Positions 28,774-38,681 are shown, counted from the first letter of the stretch. The stretch: 64,000 nt of DNA from an uncultured delta proteobacterium (GCA_963842085.1 CAWJET010000001.1:2432001-2496000); one strand, 5' to 3'. Made by a program: numbers and translations. The notes: a model not told the origin generated them from the letters alone.

Positions 28774-29404
28774 GCGCCTGTCTCCCCTGGAGTACTGCGT
28801 CGATCAGGCGGTCGTCATTGATGTGCTGGATGGCGCTGATGTTCTCAACCTTGACTGAGAAATAGTTGTAGAAGATAACCGCGACGATCGCGACCGCGAG
28901 TCCAAGCGCCGTCGAAATCAACGCTTCCGAAATACCGGCCGCGACGACCGAGAAACCGCCGGTGCCCATGATTGCCATCGATTGGAACGCCACCAGAATG
29001 CCGACGACCGTGCCGAACAGCCCGATGAACGGCGCCGACGCGCCGGCGGTTGCCAGCACCCAGATGTAGCGCTTGAATTCGAGACCTTCCTGGTAACGGC
29101 GTTCGTCGTCGAGCTCGAGCAGATGATCGCGGTCCATCGTCTGCGAACCCGAAATCAGGGTGTGGTAAATGCGCTCGGCCGCGGTGGCGCGCGCCTGGGT
29201 CGCCTGCAACGCTTCGTTGATCTTGCCCTGCCGCAGTTGGGGAATCAGCGAGTCGGCCAGCTTGGCCGTCTTGGGTCCGACACCCCACAGCGCCCAGACC
29301 CGTTCGAAAATGATTGCCAGGCAGACCACCGAAATGAAGAGCAGGGGATACGTCGCGTAGTAGCCCTGCTGAATCATCGCCAGAATACCGAAGTTGCTTT
29401 GCAT
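28763..29404 (-). CDS. exbB: MotA/TolQ/ExbB proton channel protein
   Basis: APFIGLFGTVVGI, GISEALISTALGL.VAI. Confidence 0.93.
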   Translation of the reverse strand: MQSNFGILAMIQQGYYATYPLLFISVVCLAIIFERVWALWGVGPKTAKLADSLIPQLRQGKINEALQATQARATAAERIYHTLISGSQTMDRDHLLELDDERRYQEGLEFKRYIWVLATAGASAPFIGLFGTVVGILVAFQSMAIMGTGGFSVVAAGISEALISTALGLAVAIVAVIFYNYFSVKVENISAIQHINDDRLIDAVLQGRQARGN

Positions 29405-29728
29405 CTCTTATCCCTCTCGAGAGTGTAATAGATTAGAGCGGCGAAATTTTGGCTCCGCTCGAACCGTTGAATAACTGCCCCAAACTGCCTTAGCGGTTCT
29501 CCCTTGAACCGGTCGTTAGCCCAGTTTTAACGGATTGGGTTCCCACCAGCCGGTCAAACTCGTCCGCGATGGCGCGGAAAGTCTGAATGCAACAATAGGA
29601 AGTATTTGTCAAGAGTCGCCGCAAGGAAGCAAAATTGCCGTTTGGCTCGTCCATAATTGCGAACGAGCACGGTGACTTCCCGCGCCGTGCCACGCTGCGC
29701 AACGCTCCCCCCACGCTCGATTATCGGG

Positions 29729-29914
29729 TTGAAGCATCACTTAATCTACGCCATTGTCAATGCCGGCGACTACCGCAAACCGGTCCCCGACGGCACCGCC
29801 GGCGCAACTCGTCGCCTTGACTTCTTGGTCCCTCACGTCTATCCAGAAGCTTGTCAGGCCACGCCGCAGGTTGACCGCGATGCGGTCATTATTTTTTTGG
29901 CGATTGACGCTTGA
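29729..29914 (+). CDS. Possible small protein (61 aa)
   Basis: TTG-start ORF with partly coding-like GC3 bias directly upstream of the lipoprotein gene; no recognisable motif. Confidence 0.3.
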   Translation: MKHHLIYAIVNAGDYRKPVPDGTAGATRRLDFLVPHVYPEACQATPQVDRDAVIIFLAIDA

Positions 29915-29943
29915 GAAATCTGTACCCACCATGTCTTTTGACG

Positions 29944-30510
29944 ATGAATAGTCCCGGTCTGTTCATTCGGGCTGCGCTGGCCGCCGCGTGCGTGCTCGGA
30001 TTCGCCGCTTGCAAAGCAAAGCCGGTGGTTGCTCCCGTTGCACCTCCCGTCGTGCAGGTTTCGATGACCGCGCCGGATGAGCCCACCAACGCATTGCCGC
30101 CGGACCTGTACAAGGCGATGCCGATATATCCAGGCGCCGCGATCGACCATGTCCGCAAACCAAAAGGTGCGATGCGCGAGATTCTGTTCATTTCCAACGC
30201 CTCGATGCCGCAGATGGTTGCCTACTACAAGGACGCGCTGAAGAAGGGTGACTTCCACATCACCTCGTCGCTCATCATGCCGGCGCGCAGGACCTGGTCG
30301 TGCGATTTCAACTACGATGGGCGCCCCGGCAGCCTCATGCTGTACCCGAGCGATCAGGATAAGTCGAAGATGACGATCGATCTCATCTACGAGCTGCCGG
30401 CGCATATGGACGAATCCATGATGGAACCCCAGGAAAAGTTTGACATAGAAGGACCGGGCGAAATGGCCCAGCAAGCACCAAATCCCACGGAGAAAGAGAA
30501 GAGGAATTAG
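29944..30510 (+). CDS. Lipoprotein of unknown function
   Basis: Lipobox FAAC; P.YPGA...V.YY...L...G pattern. Confidence 0.75.
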   Translation: MNSPGLFIRAALAAACVLGFAACKAKPVVAPVAPPVVQVSMTAPDEPTNALPPDLYKAMPIYPGAAIDHVRKPKGAMREILFISNASMPQMVAYYKDALKKGDFHITSSLIMPARRTWSCDFNYDGRPGSLMLYPSDQDKSKMTIDLIYELPAHMDESMMEPQEKFDIEGPGEMAQQAPNPTEKEKRN

Positions 30511-30514
30511 CGAA

Positions 30515-31447
30515 ATGGCACTACTGACAGGCAAAGTTGCGGTAATCACTGGCGCCGGCCGCGGCATCGGGCGCGAAGAGGCGTTGTTGCTGGCCAAGCA
30601 CGGGGCCAAGGTGGTCGTCAATGACCTTGGCGGTCACTTCGACGGGACCGGGCAGTCGCGCTCCCCGGCCGAGGACGTCGTCAAGGAAATCCGCTCGGCT
30701 GGCGGCGAGGCGGTCGCCAACTTCGAGAGCGTGACCGACTTCAAGGCCGCCAAGCGAATCGTCGATTGCGCCATCGACAACTTCGGCAAGTTGAACATCG
30801 TCGTCAACAACGCCGGCATCCTGCGCGACCGCATGATCTTCAACATGAGCGAAGAAGACTGGGACGCGATCGTCACCGTCCATCTGAAAGGCTCATTCAA
30901 CGTCGCCCGCCACGCGACCGCCTACTGGCGCGAGCAGCACAAGGCCGGCAACGTGCTCAACGGCCGGCTCATCAACACCAGCTCCGACTCGGGCATCCTG
31001 GGCAACGCGGGGCAGAGCAACTACGGCTCGGCCAAGGCGGCGGTCGCCGCGATGGCGATAATCGTCGATCGCGAGATGAGCCGCTACGGCGTCACCGCCA
31101 ACGCGATCGCGCCGGTCGCGCGCACCCGCCTGACCGTCGACGCGACTCCGCAGACCGCCGCCGGCATGGCGCAGAAGGCGGGCGAATGGGACGCATTCAC
31201 GCCCGCGCACGTCGCGCCGCTGGTCGCGTGGCTGGCGAGCGACGACGCCAAAGACGTTCACGGCGAAGTGTTCCGCGTCGGCATGGGCAACGTGTGGCTG
31301 ATGCGCGGATGGCACACCGGCGCCAGGGTCTCGAAGAAAGGCTCGATGTGGGAGCCGGCGGAACTCGGCGCCAAGCTCAAGGAAGAGCTCGCCAAGGGCG
31401 TGACCAAGAAGGAGAGCATGGGCGAGGTGATGGGCGGGGGCGTGTAA
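30515..31447 (+). CDS. SDR oxidoreductase (3-hydroxyacyl-CoA dehydrogenase-like)
   Basis: TGAGRGIG, VVNDLG, NNAGILRDR, GN.GQSNYGSAK. Confidence 0.92.
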   Translation: MALLTGKVAVITGAGRGIGREEALLLAKHGAKVVVNDLGGHFDGTGQSRSPAEDVVKEIRSAGGEAVANFESVTDFKAAKRIVDCAIDNFGKLNIVVNNAGILRDRMIFNMSEEDWDAIVTVHLKGSFNVARHATAYWREQHKAGNVLNGRLINTSSDSGILGNAGQSNYGSAKAAVAAMAIIVDREMSRYGVTANAIAPVARTRLTVDATPQTAAGMAQKAGEWDAFTPAHVAPLVAWLASDDAKDVHGEVFRVGMGNVWLMRGWHTGARVSKKGSMWEPAELGAKLKEELAKGVTKKESMGEVMGGGV

Positions 31448-31451
31448 ATTT

Positions 31452-31973
31452 TTGACGGCCGAGAAGCAACCGAAGCGCGCGGCTCATCGTGAGCCGCGCT
31501 TTCGTTCCATCCTGTTCATTTGCGCCGCCAACACCGCGCGCAGCGTGATGGCCGAGCATATCCTGCGCCGCGAGCTCGACGCGCTCGGCTTCGAGCACAA
31601 TATTACGATTACCTCGGCCGGAATCGCGCCGTACGCGCGCGACGGCGCATTGGTCTCGCTCGACACGCGGATGGCGCTGCGCGAAGTCGGCATCGACATC
31701 GGCGACGAAGCGACCTCCACTGATCTGAAGCGGCACCCCGAGATGCTCGAGCAGACCGATCTCATCATCGCGATGACCGAGCAGCAGGCGCGCGAGCTGG
31801 TCGAGCGCTTTCCCGGCGCGCGGGAGCGGCCGGTGTTCACCCTGCGTTCGTTCGCGGGTGAGGCCGGCGATATCGACGACCCCTACGAAAAGGGCGACCT
31901 CGTATTCGCCGAATGCCGCCAGGAAATCCATCGCCTCGTCTCGACGATCATCGAGCGGCTGTTTCATCCCTAA
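31452..31973 (+). CDS. Low-molecular-weight phosphatase (LMW-PTP/arginine phosphatase fold)
   Basis: ILFICAANTARS P-loop (CX5R), SAG, DI.DPY. Confidence 0.85.
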   Translation: MTAEKQPKRAAHREPRFRSILFICAANTARSVMAEHILRRELDALGFEHNITITSAGIAPYARDGALVSLDTRMALREVGIDIGDEATSTDLKRHPEMLEQTDLIIAMTEQQARELVERFPGARERPVFTLRSFAGEAGDIDDPYEKGDLVFAECRQEIHRLVSTIIERLFHP

Positions 31974-31977
31974 TCAG

Positions 31978-32412
31978 ATGGCGACCGAATTCAGCAATCC
32001 AGGCGACGCCGAGATTCGCGCGATTCTCTCGCGGCCGACCACAGTCGCGGTAGTCGGATGCTCCGACAACCCGGCGCGCGACTCGCTTCGAATCGCAAAA
32101 TTGCTCAAAAGCCGCGGGTTCAAGGTGATCCCGGTCAATCCGCAGCTCGATGCCGACGCGCTGTGCGACGTTCTCGGAGAAAAATGCTACCCCGACCTGG
32201 CGTCGATTCGCGAGCCGGTTGAGATGGTGGACGTGTTTCGCCGCTCTGAGTTCGTGCCGCAAATCGTCGAGGACGCGATCGCAAAAGGTGCGCGCGTGCT
32301 GTGGTGCCAACTCGGCGTGATCCACCTCGACGCAGCCCGACGCGCGCAGCAAGCCGGCATGACAGTCGTGATGGATCGATGCCCGGCAATCGAATACGCG
32401 CGCCTGTTTTAG
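31978..32412 (+). CDS. CoA-binding protein (YccU-like)
   Basis: AVVG.S.NP.R.S, PVNP, VDVFR, W.QLG, VVMDRC. Confidence 0.92.
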   Translation: MATEFSNPGDAEIRAILSRPTTVAVVGCSDNPARDSLRIAKLLKSRGFKVIPVNPQLDADALCDVLGEKCYPDLASIREPVEMVDVFRRSEFVPQIVEDAIAKGARVLWCQLGVIHLDAARRAQQAGMTVVMDRCPAIEYARLF

Positions 32413-32431
32413 GGCCGCCTCAAAATTTCCG

Positions 32432-32998
32432 ATGAAACCGCGGAAGTGGAGGACGCTCAGGAGCGACGTTGCTTACCGGACGTCGATCTTCGATCTTCAT
32501 CGACGGCGCTCGGAGCATGCGCGGCGCGGCGAACGCGACTTCTTCATCCTCGACGCGCCCAACTGGGTGAATGTCATCCCGCTCGCGAAAAACGGCGACG
32601 TCGTGATGATCCGCCAATGGCGTCACGGCATTTCTGAATTCACCCTCGAGGTGCCGGGCGGGATGGTCGATCCCGAGGATCCGTCGCCGATGTATGCGGC
32701 GCGCCGCGAAATGATCGAGGAGACCGGCTTCGATTCGGACTCGATCCTGGAACTCGGCAAAGTGCATCCGAATCCCGCAATCCAGGGCAACATCTGTTTC
32801 TCCTTCCTTGCCGAGAACGTGCACCAGGTCGAACGGGTGGTATTGCTCGGCGACGAAGAGACCGAAGTCGTGATGGTGCCGATGCGCGCAATACGCGGTC
32901 TGATCGCGTCGGGCAAGGTCATGCACGCACTGACGATCGCCGCATTTTCGTTCCTGCACGTGTACAACCCTCCGCCGAAGCGCCGCCGCAGGAAGTAG
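32432..32998 (+). CDS. NUDIX hydrolase (ADP-ribose pyrophosphatase-like)
   Basis: LEVPGG.VD......AARREM.EETG Nudix box. Confidence 0.9.
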   Translation: MKPRKWRTLRSDVAYRTSIFDLHRRRSEHARRGERDFFILDAPNWVNVIPLAKNGDVVMIRQWRHGISEFTLEVPGGMVDPEDPSPMYAARREMIEETGFDSDSILELGKVHPNPAIQGNICFSFLAENVHQVERVVLLGDEETEVVMVPMRAIRGLIASGKVMHALTIAAFSFLHVYNPPPKRRRRK

Positions 32999-33010
32999 AG
33001 GCTCTGATCT

Positions 33011-33036
33011 CTCTCCTGTAAACCGAACGGGCGAGG
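33011..33036 (+). repeat. REP-like repeat family A hairpin copy
   Basis: CTCTCCTGTAAACCGAACGGGCGAGG versus CTCTCCCGTAAACTAACGGGCGAGG at 476-500. Confidence 0.7.
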
Positions 33037-33129
33037 TAGGAATTCGGACGCTCGCCCGCGGCCGCTTCCTGAAAAAAAACTGCAAGAAAATTCGGCGGGC
33101 GCGTTCATAGGGTCGAGAGGTACGACTCG

Positions 33130-34065
33130 ATGGACGAACACATCGCCGCGGCGGACTCGATCGCATCGAGGCTCAGGCCCTGGCCGCACTTCGCGATGCC
33201 GGCCGCGCTCGCCGACCCGCGCCTGTTTCAGATCTTTTCGCTTGGCATTCTGCTTGCTGTCGGCGCCTACTTCCGCGACTTCAGCCTCCGCCCGGAGCAG
33301 GTCGTCCTGACCTTTGCCGCCGGCCTGCTGACGCAAAGCACGTGCTGGAGGCTTAGCCCGTCGAAGCCGCGCACATTGCGCAGCGCCGTCATCACCTGCC
33401 TCGCTCTGTCGCTGCTGCTGCGCGCCGATAACCTGTTCGCGCATCCGATCGCAGCGGCCACCGCGATCTCCTCGAAATCGATTTTCAGATTTCGCAACAA
33501 GCATCTGTTCAATCCCGCGACCTTCGGCCTCATCTTCGCGATCGTTTTTCTTCCCGGCACGTGGGTATCCCCGGGCCAGTGGGGCCAGGATTTTGCCATC
33601 GCGGGATGGGTGATGATGCTGGGCGTGCTGGTGACGAATCGTGCGCGCCGCGGCGACATCAGCTGGACGTTTCTCGCGTTCTATCTTGGCGCGCTCGCGC
33701 TTCGCGTCGAATATCTCGGCAATCGATTTGCCGTGTGGACGCATCAGCTCGAGAGCGGCGCGCTGCTGCTGTTCGCGTTCTTCATGATTTCCGATCCGAT
33801 GACCGGGCCCAACGACCGCCGCGGAAGAATCGCGCACGCCGCGATTGTCGCCGCGATCGCGTACGCGTGGCAGGTCCGGCTCTTCCACACCAACGGACTC
33901 ATCTGGGCTTTGTTTATCGCGGCGCCATGCGTTCCGCTGTGGGACGCGATTTGGCCCGCGCGCAAATTCGAATGGGCACAAAATGGAGGTGGCTATGTTT
34001 TTTCAGCGAATCCCGATTCTCGTTTCGGTGATGCTGGCAGCGCTGATTCTTGGCGCGCCGCGTGA
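33130..34065 (+). CDS. RnfD/NqrB-like integral membrane protein
   Basis: K.IF....H.FNPA..G and LFAFFMISDP.T.P motifs; multiple TM helices. Confidence 0.8.
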   Translation: MDEHIAAADSIASRLRPWPHFAMPAALADPRLFQIFSLGILLAVGAYFRDFSLRPEQVVLTFAAGLLTQSTCWRLSPSKPRTLRSAVITCLALSLLLRADNLFAHPIAAATAISSKSIFRFRNKHLFNPATFGLIFAIVFLPGTWVSPGQWGQDFAIAGWVMMLGVLVTNRARRGDISWTFLAFYLGALALRVEYLGNRFAVWTHQLESGALLLFAFFMISDPMTGPNDRRGRIAHAAIVAAIAYAWQVRLFHTNGLIWALFIAAPCVPLWDAIWPARKFEWAQNGGGYVFSANPDSRFGDAGSADSWRAA

Positions 34066-35389
34066 CGCACGCGCGTTCTGCGGCTTCTACGTCGGCAAGG
34101 CCGATGACAGCCTGGTCAATCACTCGTCGCAAGTCGTGATGGCGCATCATGACGACAAGACCGTCATCAGCCTTATGAACGATTACCAGGGCGAGCCGTC
34201 GGAGTTCGCGCTGGTGGTCCCGGTGCCGGTCGTGCTGCAGAAGGGTCAGGTGCATATCGGCGATCGCCAGTTGTTCGAGAAGATTGACGCGTACAGTTCG
34301 CCGCGGCTGGTCGAGTATTACGATCCGGATCCTTGCCAGATCATGCGCCCGATGGCCATGGGAGCAGCCGGGGCGATAGCAAGGAACTCGGTCGCCGCGG
34401 CCCCCAGCGCGGCCGAAGCTGCCGCGCTGGGCGTCAAGATCGAGGCGGAATACACCGTCGGCGAATACGACATCGTGATTTTGTCGGCCAAGGAGTCGCT
34501 CGGCTTGCAAACCTGGTTGCAGCTCAACGGCTACAAGATCCCGCTGGGCGCCGACCGCGCGCTCGAGCCGTATATTCGCAGCGACATGAAGTTCTTCGTC
34601 GCCAAGGTCAATCTGACCGAGCATAAGCGCACGGGTCTGACCTACCTGCGGCCGCTCCAGTTCGCATTCGAATCGCCCAAGTTCATGCTGCCGATTCGGC
34701 TCGGGATGATCAATTCGCAGGGACCGCAGGACCTCGTCATTTACATGCTCACCGAAGACGGCCGCGTCGAGACCACCAACTATCGCACGGTGAAATTGCC
34801 GACCGGCATGGATATTCCCGAGTACGTGCGTGCCGACTTCGGCGGCTTCTACAAGGCGATGTTCGACGAGCAGGTCAAGCGCAACGACATGCGCGCCGTC
34901 TTCACCGAGTACGTATGGAACATGGGATGGTGCGATCCGTGCGCGGGACCGCCGCTGTCGCGCGACGAATTGCGCAGCCTCGGCGTCTTCTGGCTCGACG
35001 ACCAGCCGGGCGGCGCGATGCCGATGTATCGCCGTTCCGGCGGGTTCATGCCGTACCCGCAGCCGGGCGGCGGTCCGATGCCGGTGATGCTCACGCGGCT
35101 GCACGTCCGCTACAGCGCGGACACGTTCCCCGAGGATCTGATTTTTCAGGAAACGCAGGACCAGGAAAACTTCCAGGCGCGCTACGTGCTGCATCGTCCG
35201 TGGGATGGCTCGCCCAGCGCATGCGAGGCGGCGCGAAACTACTTCGAGGAATTGAACAAGCGCCGAGCGCATGAGGCGGAGACGCTAGCGGATCTAACGG
35301 GATGGAACCTGCAGGACGTAATCAAAAAGGCGGGACTGACTCCGGGCACAGAGCCGAAGGCATGGTGGCAAGGCCTCTGGGGATCGTGA
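33995..35389 (+). CDS. DUF2330 family secreted protein
   Basis: GGAGG RBS; signal peptide then AFCGFYV; FA.VVPVP, PRLVEY.D..PC, VG.Y, WL..NGY, LPIRL, LTRLH. Confidence 0.85.
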   Translation: MFFQRIPILVSVMLAALILGAPRDARAFCGFYVGKADDSLVNHSSQVVMAHHDDKTVISLMNDYQGEPSEFALVVPVPVVLQKGQVHIGDRQLFEKIDAYSSPRLVEYYDPDPCQIMRPMAMGAAGAIARNSVAAAPSAAEAAALGVKIEAEYTVGEYDIVILSAKESLGLQTWLQLNGYKIPLGADRALEPYIRSDMKFFVAKVNLTEHKRTGLTYLRPLQFAFESPKFMLPIRLGMINSQGPQDLVIYMLTEDGRVETTNYRTVKLPTGMDIPEYVRADFGGFYKAMFDEQVKRNDMRAVFTEYVWNMGWCDPCAGPPLSRDELRSLGVFWLDDQPGGAMPMYRRSGGFMPYPQPGGGPMPVMLTRLHVRYSADTFPEDLIFQETQDQENFQARYVLHRPWDGSPSACEAARNYFEELNKRRAHEAETLADLTGWNLQDVIKKAGLTPGTEPKAWWQGLWGS

Positions 35390-35412
35390 GGGCGGTCGAT
35401 GGTGCGGAGAGA

Positions 35413-35447
35413 GCGCGCGGGGTCGTCGCGACCCCGCGCGCGCGTTT
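35413..35447 (+). terminator. GC-rich hairpin, probable terminator
   Basis: Perfect 13-bp stem GCGCGCGGGGTCG/CGACCCCGCGCGC with a short T run. Confidence 0.55.
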
Positions 35448-35501
35448 CACAATTCGTTTCACAACGTGAATCGCGATCCCCCACTGGCTATATTTGCTCG
35501 C

Positions 35502-36080
35502 ATGCCTGCCCCTCGTCTCGAATTCCGGGAAGTCGATCGAGACAACTGGGACGATCTCGCACGTCTCTTCGACGCGCGCGGCGGCCCCAAGAGTTGCTAC
35601 TGCATGGTTTGGCGGGCCACGCCCGCTGAAGCTAAACGTCCCGACGGCAAAAGCCGCAAAGCTGCCCTGCGCTCGCGGGTTACTCGCGGCGTGCCCGTCG
35701 GAATTCTTGGCTACCACCATGATGTGCCGGTGGCATGGTGCTCGATCGCTCCGCGCCCGACCTATCGGCGTCTTGGCGGTCCCGCTGACTTCGCCGAGGA
35801 ACCCGACGCGGTCTGGTCTCTTGCCTGCTTCTTCGTCAAACGCGAGTACCGGGGTCAAAAGGTGACCGACCAGCTCCTCCAAGCGGCGATTGCGCAAGCT
35901 GACCTGCACGGCGCGAAGATCGTCGAGGCTTATCCAGTCGATCCGGAATCGCCGAGCTACCGCTTCATGGGATTCGTAAGTCTCTTCAAAAGAGCGGGCT
36001 TCAAAAGGGTCTCGGACGCAGGGACAAGGCGTCACGTCATGCGCCTGCAGCTCGCCGGACCTCGCCGCTCGCGACACTAA
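35502..36080 (+). CDS. GNAT family acetyltransferase
   Basis: C.CM.WR, WCSIAPR..Y, W...CFFV...YRG, VEAYPVD, F..AGF. Confidence 0.88.
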   Translation: MPAPRLEFREVDRDNWDDLARLFDARGGPKSCYCMVWRATPAEAKRPDGKSRKAALRSRVTRGVPVGILGYHHDVPVAWCSIAPRPTYRRLGGPADFAEEPDAVWSLACFFVKREYRGQKVTDQLLQAAIAQADLHGAKIVEAYPVDPESPSYRFMGFVSLFKRAGFKRVSDAGTRRHVMRLQLAGPRRSRH

Positions 36081-36094
36081 CCTGATCTCCCGCA

Positions 36095-36123
36095 TTGACA
36101 GCGGCGACAGTGTGCCCTAGCGT
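36095..36123 (+). promoter_or_regulatory. Candidate sigma70 promoter of the ffh operon
   Basis: TTGACA-N17-TAGCGT; an alternative TGcTATATT lies just downstream. Confidence 0.5.
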
Positions 36124-36203
36124 TGACGGTTTGCTATATTATTCAACTCACCCGACTGGGCCGGAGCCGGTTACCTCGACCTGCCGCAACCGAGTTTTTA
36201 CCC

Positions 36204-37544
36204 ATGTTTGACACGCTCAGCGACCGCCTCGAAGGGGTCTTCAAAAAACTCAAGGGCCAGGGCCGCATCACCGAACGGAATATCGAGGATGCGCTGCGCG
36301 AAGTCCGGCTCGCGCTGCTCGAAGCTGACGTCAATATCAAGGTCGTTCGCGATTTTATCGAGCACGTCAAGTCCAAGGCGTTCGGCGCGGAAGTGCTGCG
36401 CTCGCTCACGCCCGAGCAGCATCTGATCAAGTTCGTTGCGACCGAGCTGCAGAACGCGATGGGCGGATCGGCGCGCGAGCTCGATCTGAAGGTCAAGCCG
36501 CCGGTCAAAATCATGGTGGTTGGCCTGCAGGGCTCGGGCAAAACGACGTCGGTCGCGAAGCTCGCGTTATGGCTCAAGTCGGAGCGCAAGCGTCATCCGA
36601 TTTTGGCGTCCACCGACGTTTATCGCCCGGCTGCGATGGAGCAATTACGCGTGCTCGGCGCGCAGGCGCAAATTCCGGTTCTGGACAGCAACGAGAATCA
36701 GAATCCGATCGAGATCGCCTCGCGCGCGATGGCCCGCGCCGAGACCGGCGGCCATGACGCGATACTGATCGACACTGCCGGCCGCCTGCAAATCGACGAA
36801 GAGCTGATGGACGAGCTGGCGCGGCTGAAGGCCGCGCTCAATCCGCATCACATCATTTTCGTCGCCGACGCGATGACCGGGCAGGAAGCGGCGAACGTGG
36901 CGGCGGGATTCCATCAGCGGCTGGGAATTTCCGGCGTCATCCTGACCAAGCTCGACTCCGACGCGCGCGGCGGCGCAGCGCTTTCGGTGCGGACCATCAC
37001 CGGCGCGCCGATTCTGTTTGCGGCCACCGGCGAGAAGCTCGACGCGTTCGAGATTTTCTACCCGGACCGGCTCACCTCGCGGATCCTCGGGATGGGCGAC
37101 GTGCTGACGCTCATCGAAAAGGCGCAGCAGAACTACGATCAGACCAAGGCCAAAGAGCTCGAGCGCAAGTTTAAGAAGAACGAGTTCACGATCAAGGACT
37201 TCGCCGAGCAGATCAAGGCGATAAAGAAGATGGGCTCGCTTGGCGATCTGATGGGCATGATCCCCGGACTAAAAAAGGTCGCGGGCGCCGCCGATTCCGA
37301 ACAGGCGAAGCGCGAGCTCGAGCGCATCCAGGCGATTATCGACTCGATGACCCTCCAGGAGCGCGGCAATCATCTGATTATCAACGGGCGCCGGCGCGCG
37401 CGCATCGCCGGCGGCAGCGGCACCTCAGTCCAGGACGTAAACCGCTTTCTGAAACAGTTCGAGCAGACGCGCAAGATGATGAAAAAAATCACCCGCATGG
37501 GCGCGGGAAAAATGATGATGCGCGGGCTGGGGCTCGGCAGCTAG
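36204..37544 (+). CDS. ffh: Signal recognition particle protein
   Basis: [40 protein letters not shown] domain. Confidence 0.98.
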   Translation: MFDTLSDRLEGVFKKLKGQGRITERNIEDALREVRLALLEADVNIKVVRDFIEHVKSKAFGAEVLRSLTPEQHLIKFVATELQNAMGGSARELDLKVKPPVKIMVVGLQGSGKTTSVAKLALWLKSERKRHPILASTDVYRPAAMEQLRVLGAQAQIPVLDSNENQNPIEIASRAMARAETGGHDAILIDTAGRLQIDEELMDELARLKAALNPHHIIFVADAMTGQEAANVAAGFHQRLGISGVILTKLDSDARGGAALSVRTITGAPILFAATGEKLDAFEIFYPDRLTSRILGMGDVLTLIEKAQQNYDQTKAKELERKFKKNEFTIKDFAEQIKAIKKMGSLGDLMGMIPGLKKVAGAADSEQAKRELERIQAIIDSMTLQERGNHLIINGRRRARIAGGSGTSVQDVNRFLKQFEQTRKMMKKITRMGAGKMMMRGLGLGS

Positions 37545-37566
37545 AATAAAGCAACAGGAGAATCGC

Positions 37567-37821
37567 ATGGGACTTGTAATCCGGTTGCGCCGCCATGGCG
37601 CGCGCAAGAAACCTTTCTACCGCATCGTGGTGGCGGATTCGCGCTCGCCGCGCGACGGACGCTTCGTCGCGCAGGTCGGCACCTACGATCCGGCTTTCGA
37701 TCCGCCGCGCGTCACGATCAAAAAAGACCTGACGGACCGCTGGCTCAAGGCTGGCGCTAAGCCGAGCGACACGGTAAGAAAACTAATTAAACGGGCCGAA
37801 ACGGCAACGGTCTCCGCCTGA
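37567..37821 (+). CDS. rpsP: 30S ribosomal protein S16
   Basis: [25 protein letters not shown]. Confidence 0.98.
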   Translation: MGLVIRLRRHGARKKPFYRIVVADSRSPRDGRFVAQVGTYDPAFDPPRVTIKKDLTDRWLKAGAKPSDTVRKLIKRAETATVSA

Positions 37822-37848
37822 TGCGACCCGCTGCAACGGAGCCATCCC

Positions 37849-38085
37849 ATGAAGGAGCTCGTTCAGTTCCTCGCGCAACAACTGGTAAACAATCCTGACG
37901 CGGTGGACGTGAAGGAGACGCAGGGCGACACCGCCTCGGTACTTGAGCTGCGGGTGGCGAAGGAAGATTTGGGGCGCGTGATCGGCAAGCAGGGGCGGAC
38001 CGCCAAGTCGATTCGCACGATTCTGAACGCGGTCGCCTCGCGCACCAACCGCAAGGTGGTTCTCGAAATCGTCGAGGACAAGTGA
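37849..38085 (+). CDS. khpA: KH-domain RNA-binding protein
   Basis: V..EDLGRVIGKQGRTA.SIRT; conserved position after rpsP. Confidence 0.95.
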   Translation: MKELVQFLAQQLVNNPDAVDVKETQGDTASVLELRVAKEDLGRVIGKQGRTAKSIRTILNAVASRTNRKVVLEIVEDK

Positions 38086-38134
38086 TCGCGCGGCCGGCAC
38101 CCTGCGCGATGATACCGGGCAAGCTACCGAATCG

Positions 38135-38635
38135 ATGCTCCGCGTCGGCCGCATAACCGGCGCCCATGGGCTCAAGGGCGCGCTCCGATTTCGGCCCGAC
38201 AATCCCGACTCCGACACATTGGAACTGGTCACGCGCGTGTTCCTCGAGAGCGCGGGAGCGGCCCGCGAGTTTCGGCTGACCGGAATGACGCGGCTGAACG
38301 CGACCACGCGGCGAATCGCGCTCGAAGGGGTCGCGGACGCAAACGCGGCCGAGTCGCTCAAGGGCGCGGTCGTGATGCTCGCGACGGAGGATGTCCCGCC
38401 CGCCAGGCCGGGTGAGTTCTATTACTACGAGGCGATCGGATGCGAGGTGTTCCTGACCGACGGCGCCCGCCTCGGCGCGATCGAAGAAATCTTCTCGAAC
38501 GGCGCCCACGACATCTGGGTGGTGCGAGACGGCGAGCGCGAAGTGCTGGTCCCGGTGATCGAGGACGTCGTCAAGGCGATGGACTTCGCCGCCCGGCGCG
38601 TCACGATCGAGCCGCTTCCCGGCCTGCTCGATTGA
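38135..38635 (+). CDS. rimM: Ribosome maturation factor
   Basis: VG.I.GAHGLKG, EFY...IG..V, GAHD, LVP; operon position. Confidence 0.95.
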   Translation: MLRVGRITGAHGLKGALRFRPDNPDSDTLELVTRVFLESAGAAREFRLTGMTRLNATTRRIALEGVADANAAESLKGAVVMLATEDVPPARPGEFYYYEAIGCEVFLTDGARLGAIEEIFSNGAHDIWVVRDGEREVLVPVIEDVVKAMDFAARRVTIEPLPGLLD

Positions 38636-38681
38636 CCATCTGGCCCCAGGCGACTCACCCGGATAGATTTGGATTCGCGCG

